A DNA stretch of 64,000 nt from Bacillota bacterium (GTDB taxonomy: Bacteria > Bacillota > Dethiobacteria > DTU022 > UBA8154), in contig DUQX01000004.1 of assembly GCA_012837615.1 (NCBI GenBank), forward strand, positions 3,436 through 67,435, read 5' to 3'. The notes under the pieces are model-generated. The model was given only the letters and a program-made list of their open reading frames with translations, did no database searches and was not told the DNA's origin. Both the position numbers and the translations under genes were made by a program. This document shows, one piece after another, positions 1-7,788 of the stretch; the stretch's first letter is position 1, and each line of letters opens with the position of its first letter.

Positions 1-183
1 TTGCCTTCTATTTCAGTTCAAAGCAATGTTTTTTCTAAAAAAGAAAAAAAGGTAATAGAAAAAATAAAAAATCTCAATCTCGTTGATATAACACCGCTGG
101 AAGCGCTCAACATGCTTTTTTCTTTGCAATCCAGGCTCCTATCAAAAAAGAAAAAAGAAAACTTTATCGAAAAGGATAGTTAA
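1..183 (+). CDS. mutS: DNA mismatch repair protein MutS, C-terminal fragment (gene begins upstream of window)
   Basis: The frame is open from base 1. The tail ...NLVDITPLEALNMLFSLQSRL resembles the MutS C-terminus, and it lies directly upstream of mutL. Confidence 0.6.
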   Translation: MPSISVQSNVFSKKEKKVIEKIKNLNLVDITPLEALNMLFSLQSRLLSKKKKENFIEKDS

Positions 184-188
184 GCAAT

Positions 189-2069
189 ATGCCTATTTAT
201 AAACTCGATAATTCTACTGCAGAAAAAATAGCTGCTGGGGAAGTGGTGGAAAACCCGGCTTCAATCGTAAAGGAGCTTGTGGAAAACGCCCTCGATGCAG
301 ATGCAAAGCGAATCAAGGTTATCCTTAAAAAAGGTGGACTCCAGGAAATTACCGTAATTGATGACGGTTCAGGAATACATGCAAACGAGTTACGTCTGGC
401 AATGGCAAGACATGCGACCAGTAAGATAAAAGGCATTGAGGATTTAGAATATATTTCCACACTTGGTTTCCGTGGTGAAGCTTTGCCGAGCATAGCTTCT
501 GTCTCAAAAATGTCTATAACTTCCCGGCATAAAAATGAAAATACCGGAGCATCCGTGTATTTAGAGGGTAACAAAGAAAAAAAATTTGAAGAGGTAGGAT
601 TCCCTACCGGAACCAGGGTTACAGTAACAGATCTCTTTTATAATACGCCGGCACGATTGAAGTTTTTAAAAAGCACTTCTGCAGAAACTGCTAAGGTATC
701 GCGAATAATTCACTTGTTGGCCCTTTCAAGGCCCGATGTTTCCTTTTCATTCATTAAGGAATCCGGGACTGCGCTGGAAACATCCGGTGATGGGCAATTA
801 ATCAACGTTATTATTCAGCTCTACGGAACGAACCTCGCTCTCGAGCTTGTACCCTTAAATTTTCAGGAGGAAGATCTTACCCTAAAAGGTTATATTAGCA
901 ATCCCTCCTTTTCGCACAATAGCAGGATTTACCAGGTTTTTTTTGTCAATAACCGTTATGTACACAATCAAATAATTAAAACCGCCCTGGATAGAAGTTA
1001 TGCAGGAATTGTTACTTCGCGTAAGTACCCGGCCGCCTTTTTATTTCTTTCAATTGACCCAAGGAAAATTGATGTGAACGTTCACCCTTCAAAAACTGAA
1101 ATTCGTTTTCATCAAGAAAACGTGGTGCAAAAATTTTTGGAACAGAGCCTTAGGCTTGCCTTTTCTCCACATTACTTTATACCCAAAATACAAAATTCAA
1201 TTAAATTGCAACCCGGCAAGGAAGGAAAGACACTGCCGGCGTCGGCGGTAAAAGAAGAAGTAGAAAAAGCAAAAAAGGATATAAAGGTAAAAAAAGTCAT
1301 AAAGGGCAATAAAACGGATGAAAGGGGAAATTTCAGCAAAAGAGAAAAAGGAGCAACTGCTCGTACCAATAATAACGTTTTTCCTGAAGAAGTTAAGGAA
1401 AACGCAACCGATAAGCATTACGGTTTACTTCAAGGCGATCAAATAAAAAAAACACCTTTAGTCTCAAATTTATCTGCAGAACTCTTTACTGGCAAATCCT
1501 TTTCCGGATCCGTAAAAGGACAGATTTTTGGAACATATATACTTTTAGAAGAAAACGATGATCTTGTTATTATTGATCAACACGCTGCACATGAAAGAAT
1601 CTTATGGGAAAAGTTGTTAGAAAGCGAGAAAAACAAAGAACATTACCGGCAGGAAATCATTCCTTTTCCCCTGGAAGTTCCATCTTTTATAGCCGAAGGA
1701 TTAAAAGATAAGATTGAATTACTTCAGGAAATTGGGTTAGAAATGGAGCAATTTGGTAATAATACTTTTATTATAAGAGCAGTTCCTTTTTTCCTCAAAG
1801 ACGTTTTTACTGCAAGTAAAATATTCTCTATCATAGAAGATCTTTTAGGGCTGGCGGCAACAGGAAGGGAATACCAAAAAGAAACGCTATTAAAGCTATC
1901 CTGCAGGGCAGCTGTTAAGGCAAACCATTTATTGACGGCGGAGGAAATTAACTCTCTGCTGGCGCAGCTCGTTCAATGCAAAAATCCCTATTATTGCCCA
2001 CACGGAAGACCCGTTATGATTAAACTTGGAAAAAATGAAATTGAAAAATATTTCAAAAGGCAGGGTTGA
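189..2069 (+). CDS. mutL: DNA mismatch repair protein MutL
   Basis: N-terminal GHKL ATPase motifs (AAGEVVENPASIVKELVENALDA, DDGSGI), a C-terminal CPHGRP motif, and a 626-aa length. Confidence 0.95.
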   Translation: MPIYKLDNSTAEKIAAGEVVENPASIVKELVENALDADAKRIKVILKKGGLQEITVIDDGSGIHANELRLAMARHATSKIKGIEDLEYISTLGFRGEALPSIASVSKMSITSRHKNENTGASVYLEGNKEKKFEEVGFPTGTRVTVTDLFYNTPARLKFLKSTSAETAKVSRIIHLLALSRPDVSFSFIKESGTALETSGDGQLINVIIQLYGTNLALELVPLNFQEEDLTLKGYISNPSFSHNSRIYQVFFVNNRYVHNQIIKTALDRSYAGIVTSRKYPAAFLFLSIDPRKIDVNVHPSKTEIRFHQENVVQKFLEQSLRLAFSPHYFIPKIQNSIKLQPGKEGKTLPASAVKEEVEKAKKDIKVKKVIKGNKTDERGNFSKREKGATARTNNNVFPEEVKENATDKHYGLLQGDQIKKTPLVSNLSAELFTGKSFSGSVKGQIFGTYILLEENDDLVIIDQHAAHERILWEKLLESEKNKEHYRQEIIPFPLEVPSFIAEGLKDKIELLQEIGLEMEQFGNNTFIIRAVPFFLKDVFTASKIFSIIEDLLGLAATGREYQKETLLKLSCRAAVKANHLLTAEEINSLLAQLVQCKNPYYCPHGRPVMIKLGKNEIEKYFKRQG

Positions 2070-3034
2070 TGGTGAGCGATAAAACAGATTTACAGCAGGA
2101 AGAGTTAATTCCTCTTTTAGTCTTGGTTGGTCCGACAGCTGTTGGCAAAACAGAAATATCAATCTCTTTATGTAAAAAACTTGGAGGTGAGGTTGTCTCT
2201 GCCGATTCCGTCCAGGTTTATCGTTACCTGGATATAGGTTCGGCAAAACCCACAATAGAGGAAAGACAGGGGATACCCCATTATTTAATCGATATCGTGG
2301 ATCCTACAGTGAATTTTACCGTTTTCGATTATCAAAATCTAGCCCGGCAATCTATCTCTGATATTTACAAAAGGGGAAAGTTGCCCGTCCTGACGGGCGG
2401 TACCGGATTATATATTAAAGCCGTAGTGGATGAATATAATTTTAGAAGCGGAAAGGTAAATCCATTAATCAGGAAACGTCTGGAAGAGATACTGGAGCTA
2501 AGAGGTAAAGAATATCTTTACCGTTTTTTACAGCAAATCGATCCTATTACCGCACAAAAAGTCCACCCAAACGATATCCGGCGTATCATGAGAGCTTTTG
2601 AATTTTACTATCTAACCGGAGAACCTATCTCACTGCAACAAAAACTCACCAAAACAAAAAAAAGCAGATACAACCTGATAATGATAGGTTTAACCACAAA
2701 AAGAAATATTCTATATGAACGGATAAATGAAAGGGCGGATCTGATGATAAAGCGGGGCTTTCTGGAAGAAGTAAAAGGATTGCTGGAAAAAGGATATAGC
2801 AGCGACTTAAAATCTCTCCAGTCCCTGGGGTACAGTCATATGATCAAATATCTGCAGGGAAAATGGGACTGGGAAAATGCGATAACCAATTTTAAAAGAG
2901 ACACAAGGCGTTTTGCAAAAAGACAATTGACCTGGTTCCGTGCTGATAAAAGAATTTTTTGGTATGAAATAGACGAACAAAGGGATTTAAATCCAATTTT
3001 GGAGAGTATTTGTTCCAGGGTAGAAGGATATTGA
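2066..3034 (+). CDS. miaA: tRNA dimethylallyltransferase MiaA (true start probably ATG at 2069)
   Basis: P-loop GPTAVGKT, the SADSVQVYRYLDIGSAKPT motif, and a 4-nt overlap with the mutL stop. Confidence 0.95.
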   Translation: MMVSDKTDLQQEELIPLLVLVGPTAVGKTEISISLCKKLGGEVVSADSVQVYRYLDIGSAKPTIEERQGIPHYLIDIVDPTVNFTVFDYQNLARQSISDIYKRGKLPVLTGGTGLYIKAVVDEYNFRSGKVNPLIRKRLEEILELRGKEYLYRFLQQIDPITAQKVHPNDIRRIMRAFEFYYLTGEPISLQQKLTKTKKSRYNLIMIGLTTKRNILYERINERADLMIKRGFLEEVKGLLEKGYSSDLKSLQSLGYSHMIKYLQGKWDWENAITNFKRDTRRFAKRQLTWFRADKRIFWYEIDEQRDLNPILESICSRVEGY

Positions 3035-3080
3035 TATCTTATAGCGAATAGAATAAACAAACCGTAGGAGGCGATAGACA

Positions 3081-3332
3081 ATGTCGAAAGGATCTTTCAA
3101 CCTTCAGGATAGCTTTCTAAATCAAATCCGAAAAGAGAATATGCTGACGACGATCTTCCTGATTAATGGATATCAAATTAAGGGAAATATCCGCAGTTTT
3201 GATAACTTTACTATTTTGCTAGATGTGGACGGAAAACAGCAGCTGGTGTACAAACACGCCGTATCAACCATTATACCCGTAAGAAATATTACAATTAATA
3301 TGGCATCTGCCGAACAACAAGGTATTTCTTAA
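3081..3332 (+). CDS. hfq: RNA chaperone Hfq
   Basis: Sm1/Sm2 motifs (FLINGYQIKGNIRSFDNFTILL ... YKHAVSTIIP) and a GGAGG RBS upstream. Confidence 0.95.
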   Translation: MSKGSFNLQDSFLNQIRKENMLTTIFLINGYQIKGNIRSFDNFTILLDVDGKQQLVYKHAVSTIIPVRNITINMASAEQQGIS

Positions 3333-3352
3333 GCTTATTCAGGGGACGCACT

Positions 3353-4612
3353 ATGGAATGGTGGCAAATAATAGAGGTAAAACCCCAAATAGTAGACATA
3401 ATATTGGCTGCAGAAGAAAAAACTGCTGAAATACATAAGGAATTTCTTGCTACTTGTTTGTTCAATCAAGCCCGGGTTTTGAAGGCCTTTCAGAAACTAA
3501 AAATTTCCGATGAGTGTTTTAACTCAAATGAGGGGTATGGTTATAACGATTATGGAAGGGAAAAGCTAGAGGAGCTTTTTGCCGAGATCTTTCAGGGTGA
3601 AGAGGCTATTGTTCGACCCCATTTGGTCTCCGGAACACATACGATCTTTTCCTGTTTTAGAGGTTTATTGCGGCCCGGAGACCGTTTAATCTCCATAACA
3701 GGAAAACCCTATGATACCCTTTTCCATGCGATAGAAACAGAAAGGGGAGGAGGGAGCTTACAGGAATGGGGCATCTCCTTTGACAGTATTGAACAGGATG
3801 ATTTTATTCTTCTAGAGGATAAGAATAAATTAAAAAAATTGCTGAGTGAACCTACCAGTGTGATATATATTCAGCGCTCAAAAGGATATAATCCTTATCG
3901 TTCATCATTAACTGTTGAAAATATCGGTAAGTTAATTAAAAAAGTTCGCCGCTTTAATCCGGAAGTAACAATATTTGTTGATAACTGTTATGGGGAATTT
4001 GTGGAAAGACAGGAGCCGCTAGAAATTGGAGCTGATGTAATCGCAGGTTCATTAATAAAAAATGTGGGAGGAGGGCTGGCTCCTACAGGAGGTTATATAG
4101 TAGGAAATAAAAAATGTATCGAAAAAATTAGTAATGCCATATCGGCTCCCGGATTGGGAAAAGAACTGGGAGCGTTTATTTATAACAAAAGGCTCTTTTT
4201 CCAGGGATTATTTATGGCACCGCACCTCACCGCCGAAGCTTTAAAGGGGGCATCTCTATTTGCCGCTGCCTTTGAAAGCTTAGGCTATAAAGTAGATCCG
4301 CGTTATGATCAAACTAGAGGGGATATAATCCAATCAATATCCCTAAAAAATAAAGAGGAACTGCAAAAAATCTGCCGAGCCGTCCAAAGCGCTTCTCCTA
4401 TTAACGCCCATATAACACCTGTGCCCGGCAGAACTGCAGGTTACGATGATCTGATATACATGGCAGCCGGGACCTTTGTGCAGGGCGCTTCGGGAGAATT
4501 TAGCGCCGATGCGCCTCTGCGTGAGCCTTATACTGTTTATATCCAGGGAGGGCTTACCTATGAGCATGTTCTTTTGGGACTGGCCGCTGTTCTTCAATCT
4601 ATCCTGGATTAA
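3353..4612 (+). CDS. Aluminium-resistance / YnbB-family PLP-dependent (Cys/Met-metabolism-like) protein
   Basis: A 419-aa protein recognised at family level (EGYGYNDYGREKLEELFAEIF..., VSGTHTI), in the typical position after hfq in Clostridia. Confidence 0.7.
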   Translation: MEWWQIIEVKPQIVDIILAAEEKTAEIHKEFLATCLFNQARVLKAFQKLKISDECFNSNEGYGYNDYGREKLEELFAEIFQGEEAIVRPHLVSGTHTIFSCFRGLLRPGDRLISITGKPYDTLFHAIETERGGGSLQEWGISFDSIEQDDFILLEDKNKLKKLLSEPTSVIYIQRSKGYNPYRSSLTVENIGKLIKKVRRFNPEVTIFVDNCYGEFVERQEPLEIGADVIAGSLIKNVGGGLAPTGGYIVGNKKCIEKISNAISAPGLGKELGAFIYNKRLFFQGLFMAPHLTAEALKGASLFAAAFESLGYKVDPRYDQTRGDIIQSISLKNKEELQKICRAVQSASPINAHITPVPGRTAGYDDLIYMAAGTFVQGASGEFSADAPLREPYTVYIQGGLTYEHVLLGLAAVLQSILD

Positions 4613-4613
4613 T

Positions 4614-5231
4614 TTAATCAATAACCCTCACCAAGCCGATTACCTTTCCCAATAAACGAACATCACTGGCAATTAGCGGTTCATAATCAGGGTTTTCCGG
4701 CTGAAGCCGCACGTAGCCAGTTTCGAGATAAAACCGTTTTACTGTTGCCTCATCACCAAGCAGAGCTACCACAATTTCACCGTTCTCCGCGGAGGGTTGC
4801 TGTCTGACGACCACAAGGTCTCCATGGAGAATACCCGCATTTTTCATGCTATCTCCTTTTACCCGCAGCAAAAAAACAGAGTCGCCTTTTACAATCTCCT
4901 CCGGAAGCGCTAGATAATTTTCGATGTTCTCTTCAGCAAATACCGGCGCTCCTGCTGTCACCTGACCTACCAGGGGAATAAGCCGCATTTTCTTTTTTGT
5001 GTTTTCAGGATGATCCAATATTTCAATTGCACGGGGTTTAGCCGGATCCCTTTTAATATAACCCTTTTTCTCCAGTGCCTTTAAATGTGCATGAACTGTA
5101 GAACTTGAACTAAGGCCCATTTTATTACATATTTCGCGAACTGAGGGGGGATAGTTTTTATGCATAACTTCTTCGGTTATATAATTCAGTATTTCCTTTT
5201 GTCGTAAAGTCAATTTTTTCAATGGAATCAT
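4614..5231 (-). CDS. lexA: LexA SOS repressor
   Basis: An N-terminal wHTH (PPSVREICNKMGLSSSSTVHAHLKALEKKGYI), the AG cleavage site (VTAGAP), and a Ser/Lys peptidase domain (GDSM ... KRF). Confidence 0.95.
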   Translation of the reverse strand: MIPLKKLTLRQKEILNYITEEVMHKNYPPSVREICNKMGLSSSSTVHAHLKALEKKGYIKRDPAKPRAIEILDHPENTKKKMRLIPLVGQVTAGAPVFAEENIENYLALPEEIVKGDSVFLLRVKGDSMKNAGILHGDLVVVRQQPSAENGEIVVALLGDEATVKRFYLETGYVRLQPENPDYEPLIASDVRLLGKVIGLVRVID

Positions 5232-5285
5232 CTACCTTTACTGTAAGCACTATTAAAATTATTATAGCATAGAAAAATAAATTAG

Positions 5286-5299
5286 CAAACATTAGTTTG
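5286..5299. promoter_or_regulatory. Candidate SOS (LexA) box, CAAACATTAGTTTG
   Basis: A palindromic AAAC-N4-GTTT about 55 nt upstream of the lexA start. It is a variant of the Firmicutes GAAC-N4-GTTC box, and a similar box lies upstream of recA. Confidence 0.45.
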
Positions 5300-5332
5300 A
5301 AGGGAACATGGATTCCTATTCATTTAGGTTAT

Positions 5333-6871
5333 TTATTTATTATTATTGTTGTAAGCAACCATATTAATCAGCTTATTAATAGCATCAAGGTAAGCTTTAA
5401 CACTAGCCTCTATTATATCCGTGCTGACTCCCCTGCCTATAATATTCTTATCTTCATGGTTAATTTTAATGGATACTTCGCCCAGGGCATCAACCCCACG
5501 AGTGACAGCTCTCAAGTTATAATTCTCCAAGCGTATATTTATTTGGGTTATTTTATCAATTGCTTTGTATGCAGCATCGATTGGCCCGGCACCGCTGCTT
5601 ATTTCCTCAAGTTTTTCCTCTCCTTTACGCAGTCGCACTACCGCTGCAGGTACAGTTTTTGTGCCGCTGATTGTTTGCAAATAATCCAATTCGTAGGTTG
5701 GTTCCGCAAATGATACATCAATAAGCAACGCTTCCAGATCTTCTTTATAGACTTCTTTCTTTTTGTCACTCAACTCTATAAACCGTTCGTAAAGCCTTTT
5801 AAATTCCTCATCGTTTAGGTTGTAACCCATGCTTTCCAATTGGTGGCGTACAGCATGCCGCCCCGATCGTGCGGTCAACACCATTTGTGCTGCCTGGCCC
5901 CCTATTAGTTCGGCATTAATTATTTCATAAGTACGCTTATCCTTAATAATTCCGTCCTGGTGTATCCCCGAAGAATGAGTAAAGGCATTCGTGCCAATAA
6001 CAGCTTTATTTATCGGTATGGGTATCCCGCTTAGTTTACTGACAGTACGACTTGTGCGATATATCTCCTGCAAGTTGATACCTGTCTCAAAGGGATAGTG
6101 ATCCTCTCTTATTTTCATAGCAACAACAATTTCCTCCAGCGAGGCGTTTCCAGCCCTCTCACCGATACCATTAATATTGCATTCTATCTGCCTGGCGCCA
6201 TTTTCCACGGCGGTAAGTGAATTAATAACGGCTAGGCCTAGATCATTATGGCAATGAACGCTGATTGTAGCTTTATTGATATTAGGAACTCTAGTATTAA
6301 TGAGATGAATTAAACGACCAAATTCCTGGGGAACAGCATATCCCACGGTGTCCGGAATATTTACAACAGTAGCACCGGCATCTATTACAGCCTCAACAAC
6401 ACGTAAAATATAATCTTCACGGGCTCTAGTAGCATCCTCCAGCGAATATTCAACATCTTGTGTTAAACTTTTGGCATACCTGACAGCCTGAACAGCCTCC
6501 TGCAGGCAAGTATCAGGATCCTTGCGCAACTTTTTCTGCATATGGATATCAGAAGCTGCAAGGAAAACATGAAGACGCGGTTTTTCGGAATCTTTTATTG
6601 AATCCCAAGCACAATCAATATCCTCTTTTACAGCCCGCGCAAGAGCCGCTATAACAGGGCCCTTAACTTTTCTTGATATTTGCTGCACAGCGCGAAAATC
6701 CCCCGGAGAAGAAATGGGAAAACCTGCTTCAATAACATCAACATTTAAACGGGCAAGCTGAAGTGCAATTTTTAATTTTTCACTGGCGTTTAGTTTGGCT
6801 CCAGGCGTTTGTTCCCCATCTCTTAAAGTACTGTCAAAAATCATTATTCTTTCTTTCTTCATTCCATCCAC
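5333..6871 (-). CDS. leuA: 2-isopropylmalate synthase (start may be the ATG at 6862)
   Basis: The FDSTLRDGEQ HMGL-like TIM barrel, HCHNDLGLA, the C-terminal LeuA dimerisation/regulatory domain, and a preceding T-box leader. Confidence 0.85.
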   Translation of the reverse strand: MDGMKKERIMIFDSTLRDGEQTPGAKLNASEKLKIALQLARLNVDVIEAGFPISSPGDFRAVQQISRKVKGPVIAALARAVKEDIDCAWDSIKDSEKPRLHVFLAASDIHMQKKLRKDPDTCLQEAVQAVRYAKSLTQDVEYSLEDATRAREDYILRVVEAVIDAGATVVNIPDTVGYAVPQEFGRLIHLINTRVPNINKATISVHCHNDLGLAVINSLTAVENGARQIECNINGIGERAGNASLEEIVVAMKIREDHYPFETGINLQEIYRTSRTVSKLSGIPIPINKAVIGTNAFTHSSGIHQDGIIKDKRTYEIINAELIGGQAAQMVLTARSGRHAVRHQLESMGYNLNDEEFKRLYERFIELSDKKKEVYKEDLEALLIDVSFAEPTYELDYLQTISGTKTVPAAVVRLRKGEEKLEEISSGAGPIDAAYKAIDKITQINIRLENYNLRAVTRGVDALGEVSIKINHEDKNIIGRGVSTDIIEASVKAYLDAINKLINMVAYNNNNK

Positions 6872-6893
6872 CTTCTCTCTTAATTAATCCACT

Positions 6894-6930
6894 AAAAAAC
6901 CTTTCGTCAAAATAACATAGAGACGAAAGG
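6894..6930 (-). terminator. Intrinsic terminator of the T-box leader
   Basis: A 9-bp stem, CCTTTCGTC / GACGAAAGG, followed by TTTTTT on the minus strand. The 5' arm overlaps the antiterminator/T-box region. Confidence 0.8.
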
Positions 6931-7150
6931 TTTTCCCTCGCGGTACCACTCTACTTGACAGCACAGATCTACTGTCCTCTTTAAGTGTTCTTTTTTTTAA
7001 CGGTAAAGAACCGTCCTGACCTATTCTCACTACCAAGTGATTTCAGCAGGCTCCTCACAGGGGAGTTTCAGAAAAAAGAAGGGTTGCACTTTCACCTTTC
7101 AGCAACTCTCTGCACACTTCTTAATTTTCCTACTGGTCCTGTTCATCGTA
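6894..7150 (-). promoter_or_regulatory. T-box leader RNA (tRNA-sensing riboswitch), probable Leu specifier
   Basis: On the minus strand I see GATGA (K-turn), AGTA, the AGAGAG bulge, a specifier region GAAACUCC (CUC at 7063-7065), and the T-box AGAGTGGTACCGCGAG (core at 6939-6949). A terminator follows. Confidence 0.85.
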
Positions 7151-7261
7151 TTTGATTTATACCAATTTAATTTACATCAATTTAAAATATAGCATATACA
7201 TTTTTTTTATTCCTGTCAACCCCATCAGAGAAATTTAAATTAAAACACAGCAAAATTAATA

Positions 7262-7289
7262 ACGTCCGATAATATATATTATGTAAACT
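7262..7289 (+). other. dif: dif site (XerC/XerD = CodV/RipX chromosome-dimer resolution site)
   Basis: ACGTCCGATAA-TATATA-TTATGTAAACT matches 25/28 of the B. subtilis dif ACTTCCTAGAATATATATTATGTAAACT (from memory). It also shares the ATAAT-N-TATATTATGT-AA core with E. coli dif, and the gene-strand bias switches here. Confidence 0.8.
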
Positions 7290-7736
7290 AAAAGAAGGGG
7301 CACAATAAATACCGCTTAAATAGCGGAATCCGACCAAACCGAATAGTTTACGTTTTGTATATCACTTGCCCGGCCCTGTATAAATATGCTTATGTTGCTG
7401 TACGGTTTTTGAGTAATATTATAAACCGTTCCCATGTATAATTGATTTTTTTGCTCCGGGCCTTCGCTAAGGGTTAATACTCAAGCATCAAGCAATTTCA
7501 TTCAAAACCATCATGGGATCATTTTAAAATTTCCGTCTATATTTTATACTGCCTGTGATTATAGTTGCTACATTATCAATGAATAAACCAAAAATATTGA
7601 TGCTTTGCTTACAATAAATATTACTATAAGGTTCAGGTGCTCATATGTTACTAAATTCTTTCTGCATCTGAAACAAAAAAGCAAGCAGCATAAAAACTAC
7701 TAAAGCACCCCTCTCCCCCTATTTCCTTTTTCCACG

Positions 7737-7749
7737 ATATTATGTAAAC
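7737..7749 (+). repeat. Truncated dif copy (3 nt of central region + 10 nt of XerD-side arm), direct repeat of 7276-7288
   Basis: An exact 13-nt repeat, ATATTATGTAAAC. The XerC-arm position is unrelated (TTCCTTTTTCC). Confidence 0.6.
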
Positions 7750-7788
7750 AAGTATCTTTTACGTAAATATATACTTGATAACCATTTT

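Noticed and set aside
5297-5713. A 138-aa + strand ORF antisense to leuA.
   Set aside because: It lies entirely within the strongly supported leuA gene. It is low-complexity and hydrophobic, with no RBS.
7757-7784. A possible third dif-like sequence, TTTTACGTAAATATATACTTGATAACCA, just right of the truncated dif. I also noted TTCTGTAAATA at about 12386-12396.
   Set aside because: The first matches dif at only about 17/28 positions in AT-rich DNA, and the XerD arm is not conserved. The second has 8/11 in one arm only. Both are too degenerate to claim.
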